Origin: the human T2T-CHM13v2.0 reference genome, Homo sapiens
Direction: 5' to 3' (one strand)
Assembly: GCF_009914755.1 (NCBI RefSeq)
Contig: NC_060929.1
DNA length: 64,000 bases
The notes under the pieces are model-generated. The model was given only the letters and a program-made list of their open reading frames with translations, did no database searches and was not told the origin of the DNA. Shown one piece after another: positions 26,110 to 40,080 of this stretch; position 1 is the first letter of the stretch, and every line of letters starts with the position of its first letter. The position numbers and the translations under genes are program-made.

Positions 26110-27596
26110 GTGAGAATTTCTGCTGTCATATTTAAATTTTATTTTAGTTTTGTATTTAAAATATTAAGATTTTATGAGTTTTCGTCAAAATATCAGAAGT
26201 TAGAAATTTTAGTAGTGTACACCTGAAGTGTGGTTACCTTTAAATATTGTTCTAATTGTAATACTGTAGTTGAGAATGAAATTTTGTCTAATGATACTTA
26301 ATTTTTAAATATTTGAACTTATCTTTATTTTTAGAAGTTAGTTTTGTGTCTAAAGATACTCTATTCCAGATTTTTCTAAGAGTAAACTAGTCTTTATATA
26401 GAAGTGACAAAAGCTGTTTTCATTCTTCATATTGAGAAAAGGGAACATCCTTAGTGACCATGCTGAAAATAATTGCTCAAGTTGCAGCTTTTTTGTTTTG
26501 TTTTCCCAGTCTATTCCAAGTTTGGGGAGCACCACCCCAGATCTTTCACGCAATTCCCTATTTTCAGTACCACGTATCCAAAGGAACACTTTGAGTCCTT
26601 GGTATTGCTGGTGATAAGAGCCTCCTCTGCCCACTTTTGGACCTGAAACACAGGAGTAACTTGCAGTTTCAGCTTCAGTTTTAGTACTTTGCTTAAGCTC
26701 TGTTTATCTTATTTTTGATCATAGCTTTGTCCTTTTGATTTTCTTTATCTGTCATTTCTTTGTCTTTGGTATAAAGGGGACCTTAAAATGCAAATTTGGC
26801 AATACCATCCTAATTGGAAGTACCCTAAAGATCATTACTAAAGTTACAAATTTTGTTGTCTATTTTAAGGTACGGAGGGGGCTGTTTTTGAAATGTGAAA
26901 GTATGTATAGTGGATCCTAATTGCATGTTATGTGTACATACGTACTCCTATGTATGTCTTGAGAGAGCAGGGAGGGAAGAGTGTATCTGTGTATGTTGGG
27001 ATTTTAAAGAAGGAGAAAGGATTTGGGGGAGGGAAAAGGAACCAGTTTGTTGTACATTGTTTTACCAGCAGGCTCAGTTTACTTTGTTTTTGTGTGTGTG
27101 TGTGTTGATCAAGGAGATTCAAAGAATGAGGAAAAATAGGATGTTCTTTCTTAGATTCTAGTAAACAAGTATACACCAGATATACTAGTGTATACTTGTC
27201 TATTCTTAGTTTGCAAAATCTCCTTTGGAATATGGTTTTACTGCGTTTATCCAAGGACTTACAGTAAGACACTTTCAGAACCAAGTGAAGGAGGTTGTTT
27301 CACATACAAGAATAAGGCAGTGCAGCAGAGGCCAGAATCAGGAAAGGACAGTGGAACAGAAGCTGCAGTGATACTAGACTGTGGATATTTCCATATGTTG
27401 ACAGGATGTGGTGAGGGTAAAGGAGATCAAGGAAATAATAGAATTGGGCTGAAGAGTAATATTACAACTTCTTTTCTGAGGAAGACTGATGACCTGGATC
27501 TCATATTGTGTTGATTGTAAGAGAGAGCTAATGTCCAAGACTGGAACAAGACAAAACTTGATGATGAATAAAATTGTTGTTTCTTTGATCATCTAA

Positions 27597-27963
<367 letters not shown>

Positions 27964-29564
27964 GTATACATGTTCTTAACTGACATATATACATACATAC
28001 ATACTTTTGTCAGCATATTCTGTTTTTGTGCATGCATGTGGAAACATGTAGCCTTAAGTTCAAGAACAAATACAAAAGAGAGAATGAGTTATCTTTAAAT
28101 GAGAAAAAAAAAATTCCTTACCTAAAAACATTTAACTTAAAGATTCTGACCTGGAAGGATCCCACTATCCCCCAGAAATCAGGAAGGGAATGATAGGCCT
28201 TTCTTGACATTTCCTCCTCTGCTAGTGGGAGTTGTTGTCCTTGAATCTCACCCTGACCTATTAGACTTAGCATGAGCGTGGGTTGCAGGAACCCTTTAAC
28301 TTAAAGGCCCACCTTCTACTTTTTCACCATTTTCAAATGCTTCTAGAGCCATGCTTCCTACCTCCCAACCCTCCCCCACAGCCTTTCCCTGTTCCTTCCG
28401 CTTCTTATGGTTAGAGAGAGGAAGGGGTTTCTTGTCACTGTGACCTTGGCTAGGACTAGGGAGGTATGTTTCCATTTTATCCAAGTTTTGATGCCTGTTT
28501 TATTTATTGAGACATAGAAAAGATGGATAGTACTATAATTGTTATAATTTTAAGTAACCTTTATAGATTAGAACAGGAACTGTAAGACATTTTATAATAT
28601 TTTAATGGAAAACAACTGATTTACAAATGAACTTTGATGCAGCATAATGGTAAGTTGCTGGTTTTTTACAGTTTAATTTAAAAATAAGATTTTGCATTAT
28701 TCAGAATAATACAATTTCGCATTAAAAATGAGAGTTAATGATAAATCTTTAGTTAGATTAGATCTGCTCTTGACTACTTCTAGCATTCTTAATCAGAAAA
28801 CTACTAGTGGGTAAGATTGACGTGAAAATATTTAACGTCACAGTTAAAATGTAATAATTACTCTTAGTCACTGTCTTTTGACATCTCAATTGCAGGGTAA
28901 GGTTGGAAGCCAAGTGATCAGTGCTTTTTATTATTAACTTATTTATGAGAGTTATACTTAATTTTTAAAAATAAGTTTTGCTTAAGGTTGGTGGAAAGCA
29001 TTGCTTTGAGGAAAACAAAAGAATTATATTTTTAGCAAGGACAACTTAAAACAGAAATCTTATAGTAAGACTTTTTATTAAGTATGTAGAAGCAAAGGCA
29101 CTTTAAAAGATTACCCTATGTGGATATCTGTAAACGGACTAATAATGTTCTCAGTTTTGCAGTTTTGCCTTAACATCTACTCCTTAACTTTCATGGCTCT
29201 TAAGTACTAGTGATAAAGATTTCAGCAAGCTATGAATTATCTTCTTGTATTAAAAACATGGTATGTGATTTCTTATCTAGGGTCTTTGGAAAAAAATAAA
29301 ATAAAAAATAATGTGGTATGTTGAACCAAGTGAGGCTAAAAAAAAAAAATATGGAATGAAGACAATTGTATATTATTTTTACAGCCAAATAGTAGATGAG
29401 TAGTTTAAATGGAAATTAGCTATTGAAATTTTGATTTGTAATGTTGATTAGTATTTTAATCAGAATTTTGACTAACTGAAAAATGTGTTTAAAAACAAAA
29501 GATTTTGTTATTAATGAGGATTATTTGGAGGTTTTTCTGGTTTCAAAGCATACCACAAAACATG

Positions 29565-29889
<325 letters not shown>

Positions 29890-30074
29890 AACTATATTTC
29901 TTTTACTGATAATTGTTCTAAATTTATTAAAACATGACTATCAAGATGAGTTTTAGCTGTATAAAGGATACTTATAGAAGTTCATTCAGCTTCCTTGGAA
30001 TACGTACATAAGGATATAAAGTTTACATTTATGTTAACTTTTAATGATGATGACATTGAGAGTTAAGATTTTTA

Positions 30075-30310
30075 AACATTTATTTTGTGCTAGAGAATAC
30101 TACGCAGTTTTACATACATCATCAGTTGTAATCCTCATGACAGCCCTAAGAGATGCAGGTATGATTGCTACTCCACTTTATAGAGGAAGAAACTCAGGCT
30201 TGGAGAGGTTAAGTGACTAGCCAGAGTTCTCACAGGTAGCGTGTGGCAGAGCTGACTTTCAGAGCCAGATTGTCAGACTCCAAAGCTGTTGAGTCTAATC
30301 ACTTTGCTAT
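30075..30310 (-). mobile_element. MIR
   Basis: aatcctcatgacagccctaagagatg...gaagaaactcaggcttggagaggttaagtgact...cagactccaaagc. Confidence 0.8.
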
Positions 30311-30487
30311 TTAAGTTGTGTACATCTGTTTTGTTACAATTTAATAAGCAGTTAGGATACCTCGTTATGAAAAAAATCACATTCTCAAAAAACTTTTTCA
30401 GTGAGAAAGGGGGCCTAGTCCAAATTGGAATAACAGTTACTTTTCCTGCAATTAAACGTTTCCTGCAGTTAACAGTTTCTTTTCATA

Positions 30488-30731
30488 CAGGTTGAGACTC
30501 ACAAATTTGAAAATCTGAAATTCAAAAGGCTTCAAAACTTTTTGAGCGCTTTCGTGATGCTCAAAGGAAATGCTCACTGGAGCATTTTGGATTTTTCAGT
30601 TGTGTGTTTGGGATGCTCAACCAGTTTTATGCGTGTGTATATATAGAATGCAAATATTCGAAAATCTCCAAAAATGTGAAATTCAAAACACTTTTGGTTC
30701 CAAGCATTTCACATAAGGGATACTCAACTGG
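30488..30731. mobile_element. Tigger4a-like (MER46) MITE
   Basis: TA-caggttgag ... atactcaactgg-TA termini, ~240 nt. Confidence 0.8.
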
Positions 30732-31262
30732 TAGCTATGATTATAGTTACAGCTATAAAATCAAGGCATTGCAAATCCAATATTTGATTATATCTAGTTT
30801 TAACTTATGAGTAATGATTTTTATTTTCCTGTCACAGTGGCGCTGTCATTAGGACTGTGCTTCCTTTTATATATTCTTTTTGTTTGTTATGACAGACAGC
30901 ACACATTCACAGGAACTACTCAACCACGTAACCACTACTCCCTGTCATGATGTGTTATGACCAGATTACATGCAAGTCAACAGGGAAAAATCTTCTATAC
31001 TGATTTGAGGCATAAAATGACTAGCAAAAGCCACATCTGAAAATATACGAAATAACTGTTAAATTCTTTGTTTCTGTCTCTGTTCTAGACAATGAAATAT
31101 CCGGTAAAGTTTCCAGTAAATGTATTTCAGATTATGTAACTAAAGTATTATTTAAGAGAAATTTTTAAAATATTGTTAAATACTGTTAGGATAGATTTTA
31201 AATTTTCTTGTTTGAAAGATCGTAAATTAAGTTTTGATATTCTAACAATTTTTTTTCTTTAG

Positions 31263-31382
31263 GAGTAGATCCCATAATAGATCACGTTCAAGACAGAAAG
31301 ACAGACGTAGATCTAAGAGCCCACATAAAAAACGCTCTAAATCAAGGGAGAGACGGAAGTCAAGGAGTCGTTCGCATTCACG
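31263..31382 (+). CDS. SREK1: SREK1 coding exon 8 (R-SRSHNRSRSRQKDRRRSKSPHKKRSKSRERRKSRSRSHS-R), RS domain
   Basis: CTAAC branch-like motif, T tract and TAG acceptor; CG|GTGAGT donor; 120 nt. Confidence 0.97.
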
Positions 31383-31796
31383 GTGAGTTTTAGAGAAATT
31401 AACAATAATTTTTTTTTCCTCAGAGTTCTGTTAGTGCTAAGGGATAATATTTTAATTGGCTTCATTTGTTAAAAATCTGTTGTGGTTTAGGTTTTTAATG
31501 AGAGAAATTAAACCTTTTTTATTGTTTTAGTAATCTAGGATTAATATTGATTGCCAGTGATCTGAATCTGATGTCAGTGTGACTCATGAGGTTTCCAAAC
31601 TACTCAGTTCAGCTTGCGTAGTATGAATAGCTTTGTTTAGCAGCTTCTTGTACACCTGAGCTATATAAAAATGTATATGTAAATGTCTGTAGGTACTATA
31701 AATTGTCTTGTGTTGGTAATTGTTGAAGAGAGAGAGGTCTTTTTGGAGGAGGTAGAACTATTTTAGTTATGAATTTATTTATTTTTGTTTTTAAAG

Positions 31797-32159
31797 GGAC
31801 AAGAGAAAAGACACTCGAGAAAAGATCAAGGAAAAGGAAAGAGTGAAAGAGAAAGACAGGGAAAAGGAGAGAGAGAGGGAAAAGGAACGTGAAAAAGAAA
31901 AGGAACGGGGTAAAAACAAAGACCGGGACAAGGAACGGGAAAAGGACCGGGAAAAAGACAAGGAAAAGGACAGAGAGAGAGAACGGGAAAAAGAGCATGA
32001 GAAGGATCGAGACAAAGAGAAGGAAAAGGAACAGGACAAAGAAAAGGAACGAGAAAAAGACAGATCCAAAGAGATAGATGAAAAAAGAAAGAAGGATAAA
32101 AAATCCAGAACACCACCCAGGAGTTACAATGCATCGCGAAGATCTCGTAGTTCCAGCAG
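31797..32159 (+). CDS. SREK1: SREK1 coding exon 9, Glu/Lys-rich (EK) domain (R-DKRKDTREKIKEKERVKEKDREKERE...RRSRSSS-R)
   Basis: AAG acceptor, CAG|GTTTGA donor, 363 nt (phase 2-2, skippable in frame); EK/ER/DR repeats visible in the ORF track. Confidence 0.96.
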
Positions 32160-33605
32160 GTTTGATAATGCTTAAAATTTTTACAAAGGGATTTGCTGAT
32201 GACAATTGGAAACAAAATTTTTTACGGAGGGAGAAAAGGTTACTGTACGCAAGTGGAACCTGTAAAGTAATATAAGAACATTTTCTCCTAATTTCAGAGT
32301 AAACATTTCTCTAGCAGAGTGGGGAAAGAGATGATACTGGGCAACATTATTTGAAGAGTTTTAGCTATTCTTTGTAACCACTATTTTAATAGAATAATAA
32401 TAATTGTTATTTTCTTAGAGGGTGGGATGGCAGGGAAAGGTACTTTTTTTAAAAAGCACATTAAGAATTTGCGTCTTAGGCTTTTTCCTGAACTTTTTTT
32501 GAATGGTGTGATTAATTTTAATATGTAAAATGATTGCTGAAGTTGCAGTGTTAGCCCTCTTTGTCACCTAAGTTAATTTTTATCCTTATTTTGTTAAGTG
32601 CATAACATTTAAATTTTGGTCGTGTTTTATTTTGTCAGTTTTAAGGGTTAGAGTTTTTCCTTAGGACCGTGATTTCAGTTTATTAATAGCTTTACTACCA
32701 CCAGGTGGCAGCAAGTTGCCATAGTAACAGCTGTACAATGAGAACAACTTTTGAGATTTAAGATTATCTAAACCCACATCCTTTACTTCAGATGATACCA
32801 TGACTGTAAATGGAAGTTCCTAACTTATACTACACTATCTTAAAAATACTAAATATATATATTAGCAAATTTTTGAAGATTTTTAAAGATGGTTTTTTAA
32901 TAGAAAATAATTTGAGATAAAGGAATATATGTTTCCCATTTTTAAAACTTGTGCTTTAGTAGTTTATTTTTAATACCAGCCTTTGACTAGATAATAAAAG
33001 ATAATCGTAGACATTTATTGTGCACTTTACTGTATGCCAGACATGATGTCAGTAGACTTTTTCATGTCTCACCTTATTTAATCCTCACAACAGGCCTGGG
33101 AGAAGATTATTATCATCACTGTTTTAAAACATGAGGAAGCTGACGCTCTGTATGAGAAGTATAGTAGCCCTTTTCCTTTATTTTAGAGATTAAGTTTGAG
33201 AATTCTCTAGTACTTGTACTTACTTTTAAAAACTACCTCAGAAGCATAAAGTTGAAAGCAGTAGTATATGTTAAAACAAGGCTCAAAATAAACAGATCAC
33301 TGCTGGATTTCAGCACATTGAACCACAGATTGAAGAATTAATGTAACCTCCTTTGCTGTGGGTACTGGTTTGAGCCTTGTAACCACACCTTTACTGCAAA
33401 GTGATTTTATTGATTCTGTGTCACACATGCCTTTGTGTTTCTGTGATTGTTTAGACATTACCTTTCACAGCACCAAATACTATTTTCATTCCTTTTTAAT
33501 AACGAATTTACTTTTTTTGATGACATGGGAATGTTTAACTTTTTCTCGGGCCATTTTAAGTTGTTTGGTGTAGAGGAAAGTTCAAGTGTTCACATTCATT
33601 CCTAA

Positions 33606-33923
<318 letters not shown>

Positions 33924-34036
33924 TAACAACTGGGGCCTTGAGAATAAAAGATGACTGACATTAGTTTATAAAGGCAGCAGTTTGGAATGTTTCATGCTTT
34001 CAGAAGAGCTTGGTAAAGAGTTACAATTTCTTTGAA

Positions 34037-34347
34037 TTTTTTTTTTTTTTTTTTTTTTTTTAGACAGAGTGTCACTTTGTCACCCAGGCTAGAATGCAGT
34101 GGCACAATATCTGCTCACTGCAACCTCTGCCTCCTGGGTTCAGCGATTCTCCTGCCTTAGCTTCCTGAGTAGCTGGAATTACAGGCGTGTGCCACCACAC
34201 TCAACTGATTTTTGTATTTTATTTAATAGAGATGGGGTTTCACCATGTTGGCCAGGCTGGTCTCAAACTCCTGACCTCAGGTGATCCACCCGCCTCAGCC
34301 TCCCAAAGTGCTGGAATTACAGACGTGAGCCGCCACCGCCCCCAGCC
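34037..34347 (-). mobile_element. Alu (AluS-type)
   Basis: Full dimer, T tail, 17-nt TSD aagagttacaatttctt. Confidence 0.95.
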
Positions 34348-36157
34348 AAGAGTTACAATTTCTTGTCTTTTAGCATTTTTCTGCTTTTCAAATGTTCTGA
34401 TTTGTTTACTAAATGGAGAATATTTTAACTGTTCAAAAAATAGTTAATATTTTTATTTCTAACATTGTCTCCTAATTTATACTTTTAAAGAAAATGATAT
34501 TAAATAATTTTTTAATGCTTAAATTTACTGTCATTAAAGGTGATACCAAGAAAGGGAAGGAAAAAACAATATTTATTGAGCACCTACTCTGTGTCACACT
34601 CTATGCTTTGCACATTACAGATTTTATCCTAAATCCTCAACAACCTAATAAAACTTGAATTATTAATTGTCTTTATTTTTCAGTTGAAAAACAGATTAGG
34701 TTAAGTAATATGATCCTGGTTGTATAGCTGGGTAAGGTGTATAACTCAAATTTAAGTCTAAATCTCACCAACTTTAGTTGTTAATACAATTTCTTTCTCA
34801 AGTAATTGTCTAGATTGCTGTCTATGGAGACTTTCCTCTCATTATCGTCAGCTAGTAGGTATTAGACATCCACTTGTACATAGTGCTTTCTGAACAAATA
34901 AGTAAAAGAATTACACTGATAAAGGCAGAGCGATTTTGTGTAATCTTAAAGTCTGGAATACGCTGACATTCACATGCTTTGAAAAAAGTATTTTTGGTTC
35001 TTAGGCTGAGCTGTTAAGAGAATGTCATTGATGTAATCAAATAATGTATCTAATTTCCACATTAGAAGTGTAATTGTGGAGTGTCTTGGGAATAAAAGTG
35101 GGTAATGGAGGAGAGAGTCTTAGGTAGAGGTAGAATTGAGTTGTGTTCTCAGAGTTCTTGAGCTTTGTATTTTAATACATATTATATATACCGTGTGAGC
35201 ATTTTTTATTTTAGAAATGAAAAACTTAAATTATTTTATTAGTCTCTTAGAATCAGTTTCCTGAAATGGTAAGGATAACATGAATTCCAGAGGATTTGGT
35301 TTTTTAGCTATGTGGTCACTGATTATCAGAACTTGTGAGATAGATCATTGGGTATGTCCTCGTACCATATCCCTTAAATTATAGACCTAGTGAAGTTCAT
35401 TGTTTCTGAGTTGAAGTAGTTTAGAATATGTATCATTTGCTAATCTGATAAGCAAAATGGTTTTTAATAATAATAACGTAATCTATTTTATAATTATTCC
35501 TGTCATATTTACTTTTCAGATTGTAACTGTTTTGCTTACATCTAAGCAACTTGTACACTAAATTTTAAATTAATAGAACAACAGTAATGAAATGATAGGA
35601 GGTTGGAGGGAAAAGCAATTTCTCTCTAAAATGATAGTAATGTAAATGCTTTTTAAGTAGACATTGTTGATAATTGGGTATAGAAAGTTCACATTTTACA
35701 AGCCAGTTTATGTTTCAGTTTTTGAAAAGGGCCTGTTACTTTGTTATAATCCACAGTGGGGCAGCAAGGAGCTAGATACATGACAAAGGATTTGATAAGC
35801 AAAACTTGTTTTAGCTGCTGAGAAAATACACTTGAGAGAAGCAGAAACGCCACGCCATTAATATTTTTTCTACTGAAGAAATTGTTCAAATAAACGAGGT
35901 GAAAAGGAGGAGGTCTTCTACTCTTCCTAATATGAAGTCTTAGATGATGTTTTCATCAGTCTGTAAAATTTATGGTTCATAATTTGACCCACTCTAAAGT
36001 TAGGTAATTGAACATGCTCATAAAGGACATAAGTTTAAACTGGCCTCTAAAGAATACTGTTCATATGAGAATATCAAGGACCCTTTTGCTTTTGTATATT
36101 TGAATTGCCGTTTATTTCAATTGCTGTTTTTAAAAATGATGTGTTTTTGATTTTCAG

Positions 36158-36253
36158 GGAAAGGCGTAGGAGGAGGAGCAGGAGTTCTTCCAGATCGCCA
36201 AGAACATCAAAAACCATAAAAAGGAAATCTTCTAGATCTCCGTCCCCCAGGAG
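36158..36253 (+). CDS. SREK1: SREK1 coding exon 10 (R-ERRRRRSRSSSRSPRTSKTIKRKSSRSPSPR-S)
   Basis: TTTTCAG acceptor, GAG|GTAGGT donor, 96 nt. Confidence 0.96.
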
Positions 36254-36319
36254 GTAGGTTGGGAGCTTGTGCTAAAACTAAACAGGAGAAAGCAATAAAT
36301 ATTTTTTGAAATTTTAAAT

Positions 36320-38105
36320 TTCTCTCTTTATTTTTTAAACTTTATATTTTGAATGAATAATACATATGCATTATTCAGAAATTAAAGATAAAAGTTATGT
36401 ATCAGGAAGTCTTAATTTCCACTCTTGCCCATCTACACTGTTCCCAGAAGTAATGACTTCGTGAGGTTTTTTTGTATATGCTTCCAGTTTCATATACAGA
36501 TAACAAGATGAGAATGTATCATTTTTTTCTAATACAAGAAGCAACACAGAATACACACTGTTGTGCCCTTGGTTTTGTCATTTAACTACCAGGAAGTCTT
36601 TTTGTCACTTAACTTACCAGGTCAGAGAGAGCTTCTTCAATTCCTTTTTATAATTGCGTAGGCTTCCGTTGTATGGCCATACCTTAGTTTTTTAACTAGG
36701 CTACAGTAGAAGGGGTTTTTTGAATTTTTTTTACCATAAATTATGTAATGCTGTAATGAATAGCTTTGGACTTAAGTTGTTTTTAGTGTGCATGTGTGTA
36801 GGAAAAATCTCAAGAAATGGCATTGTTAAGTTAGATAATAAGCATGTTTGTAATTTTTGAGAGATATTTCCTAATTATCCTCTATAAGAGTTGGCAGCAG
36901 TTTGCACTCTTAATTATGAGAGAAGTGACCACTTCATAGATTTGAAAGCCATTTGTATTTCTTTTTCTGCGAATTGTCTGTATACTCTGCCCATTTTCCT
37001 GTTGGCCTTTTTGTTTCCTTTTCTATTTCCAAGAACTCTTTTATATTAGGGAGCTTATTGTTTAGTGATGTGATTATAAATAACATTCTCAGTTTGCTGT
37101 TTCTTTTAAAAAATTGTTTGTGAGACTTGATTTTACAAAGGTTTTTCATTTTTAAAATAACTTTCTCTTTTTCTTTTATGACTTCTTATGTGAGTCAAAA
37201 ACTGATAAAAGGCTTTTCCTATTCCAAGATTATGATAGAACTTTCCCATTGTTCCTTCTTGTACTTTTATGGTTTTATATTTTGCAGTTAAATCTCTGGT
37301 TAGAGTCTTATTCTTGTGTACAATATGGCAAATGGGTTCAGTTTTATTTTACAAATGCTTCCGTGTTGTTGCAGTACCATTTGTTAAAAACTCAATTTTT
37401 CTAACATTAGTTTGATATGTTGCCTTTGTCATGTGCTGTGTTTTTCTGTGTGTTTGGGTCTATTTCTGGGTCTTCTGTGCCCTTGGATTGGTTTGACTGG
37501 CCGTTCATGTGCCAGTGTCCCACCCTTTTAATTATTGAGATTATACCGTATTTTTAAGTATTTGGCAAGGCCTGTTCTCTATACCCCTCATTGCTTTTTT
37601 GAGTATAGTTAGCTTTCCTTTCAGTGGTTATTTTTCTGCTTGAACATGAGTCAGTTGTCTGCATTCCAGAAATAAAACCTATTGATGATTTGTGTTACAG
37701 TTGCATTCGATTTATAAATTAACTTAGGGAAAATTGATAAACAGGTTTATTAATAAAGATTCATGATGACAAGTCGTCTGTCCAGGAATATGGTGTATCT
37801 GATGAGATCGGGCATGCTCAGGGTGATATGGCTGTAGACAAGGAATGTGGTATATCTTATTAGGCCATCATTAGTGTTTTCAGAAATATTTCATCGTTTG
37901 TTTCATACAGGCTTTATGCATTTCTTAATTCCTAGAAATTTTTGTTGTTGTTGCTGTTGGAAATGAGGTATTTTCTTTCATTATGTTTAATTGGAGGTTA
38001 GGTTTGTACATAGGAAAGTTATTGATTTCTGTATATTTATTTTTTTAATCCCACTGCCTTACTAATTGGTTATGGTTTTTTAGGTGATTTTCTGTGATTT
38101 TCCAG
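36320..38105 (-). mobile_element. Highly diverged L1 (L1M) ORF2/3' region
   Basis: Degraded antisense L1 motifs (ttgcagtaccatttgttaaaaa; tttgggtctatttctggg; ttgcattcgatttataaattaacttaggg). Confidence 0.65.
37801..37839 (-). pseudogene. 5S rRNA 5'-fragment retropseudogene (nt 1-39), tailless
   Basis: Reverse complement gtctacagccatatcaccctgagcatgcccgatctcatc versus 5S GTCTACGGCCATACCACCCTGAACGCGCCCGATCTCGTC (33/39 identical; 4 of 6 changes at CpG). Flanked by the 17-nt TSD aggaat(a/g)tggt(g/a)tatct. Confidence 0.9.
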
Positions 38106-38725
38106 CAGAGGGGTCTTTTGTTTATTTGCTTATAGGTTTTTGGCTTTTGTGAGAATAACGGAAGGCTTAGGATACTATAGATGCAGGCCATGTTTGTATT
38201 TTTGAAACAAATACTTTACCCAGGAAAGTCAAAACTTTTCTCTTATGAACTGAAATTAGACAAAAAGATACATTCAGAAAATGTCACTCCTGTCTCCATT
38301 CCATCTGCCTTGTTCCCATTCACCCTGTGTAATTGACCAATCATTTGATTGTCTTTCCTTTGTTTCTCTTTGCGAAATGAGGCGGATACATATTCATTTG
38401 GTTTTATTTTCTCCTTATTGCAGTACATAAACAAATATTGAATATTCGAAAACTATTAAATAGGCTATGCCAAATAGTGTTTTATGAGAACATATGGTGG
38501 CCTCTGCCAAAATGACTTGTGTATCCTTAAGAAACTAACTGGGGTAAGGGTGGGGTAGGTCAGGTTGTAGGGCTCATTTATGTTACTTTGCAAACCAGCT
38601 TACTGTTGATGCTTATTAACAATGCATTATTTTAGATATCCAGTGTTAGAAAAGGATATTTTGTCAAGAATATAATAGATCTTACAATTTCTTAGAATTT
38701 AACTGACATATCAATATTCTTATAG

Positions 38726-38870
38726 CAGAAATAAGAAGGATAAAAAGAGAGAAAAAGAAAGGGACCACATCAGTGAAAGAAGAGAGAGAGAACGTTCAAC
38801 GTCTATGAGAAAGAGTTCTAATGATAGAGATGGGAAGGAGAAGTTGGAGAAGAACAGTACTTCACTTAAA
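38726..38870 (+). CDS. SREK1: SREK1 coding exon 11 (S-RNKKDKKREKERDHISERRERERSTSMRKSSNDRDGKEKLEKNSTSLK)
   Basis: TAGCAG tandem acceptor (start 38726 or 38729), AAA|GTAAGC donor, 145 nt. Confidence 0.95.
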
Positions 38871-39930
38871 GTAAGCAGCAGTCATTCGGTGTCTGGCACT
38901 TGAAATGGTTCTTTATTGCATACAAATGGTTTTAGACTGAAAGCTCTTTGGGGAACAGTGTCTTGTACATTGTTGGCATTTTATGGCATTTTAAAATATT
39001 TAAAATATTTAATTGGTAATTTAAAAAAACTAAATGTTGAAGAGATAAGAGCCAATTAAAACTAAAAAAACTAAGTTAAATCCTAACATGGCATGCAATA
39101 AGAAAAATTTAAGAAATCAACAGTAACAAATGTATTTGATTTTATGTAGATAGGATTTCTGCCTGATGCCATTTTCCTCAATTTATGTTTCAGCAAGTTT
39201 GAAAAGACTTTGTGTAGTTAACATTAGGTTTGTTGGGTTAGAATACCTAATGGAAAACCACATTCCACCAAGTGAGCTTTTTTGTCACTTGGATAAATAC
39301 TTCAAGTAGTTGTGAATTAAGTTACTTACACTGGTAAAGTATATTTGTATTTGGAAATTATGAATTTTGGAACATCTATCTTATAGTTTTATGTACTGTA
39401 ATACTGATAGACGATTATCATCATCATCAATAACATTGATAACATTTATTAAGCATTTACGATGTGCCGGGCACTGTTTGTTCTCATTTAACTCTTTTAA
39501 ATTGAGGGTAGAAATTGGAGTGCTCTTGAACAGCCTTTTCCAGGAGGCATAGTGACTTCCTTTTCCACATTTCCTTATTTTTGCTGCATTGGTTTGCAGA
39601 TTAAAAATCTATCCTGGCATCCTTGGAAATTATTTCACTCTTTCAATAGATCTGTCTCCGTTTTTCAAGTCTGTCAGCAACATTTATTGAGCACTTGCTT
39701 AAAATTTCTGTTCACCAATTCTAATTTAATTTCCATGGATTGTCCATCTTTTATGAGAACACAAAGGGGAAATTGATAGTGTTTGCATATTCATTTTGTG
39801 TGAAAACGTAATGAGAGAAAATCATACCCAGTTTTTTAAATTTGCAAAAGATAAAGTTTCACATTTTTGTCGTCATAGCAGGCAGTTCTTGAGGAAAATA
39901 TTAAATGCATACCTTAATTACTCATTGTAG

Positions 39931-40080
39931 GAGAAAGAGCACAATAAAGAACCAGATTCAAGTGTGAGCAAAGAAGTAGATGACAAGGATGCACCAAGGA
40001 CTGAGGAAAACAAAATACAGCACAATGGGAATTGTCAGCTGAATGAAGAAAACCTCTCTACCAAAACAGAAGCAGTATAG
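39931..40080 (+). CDS. SREK1: SREK1 final coding exon 12 (EKEHNKEPDSSVSKEVDDKDAPRTEENKIQHNGNCQLNEENLSTKTEAV*)
   Basis: TTGTAG acceptor; stop TAG 40078-40080; total spliced CDS 1875 nt = 624 aa plus stop. Confidence 0.96.
   Translation, partial: EKEHNKEPDSSVSKEVDDKDAPRTEENKIQHNGNCQLNEENLSTKTEAV

Noticed and set aside
31260-31265. TAGGAG tandem acceptors at exon 8 (and at exon 12, 39928-39933)
   Set aside because: GAG is a strongly disfavoured acceptor.
31696-32215. Three overlapping minus-strand ORFs rich in F/S/L/P
   Set aside because: Mirror of the purine-rich EK exon, which lacks antisense stop codons.
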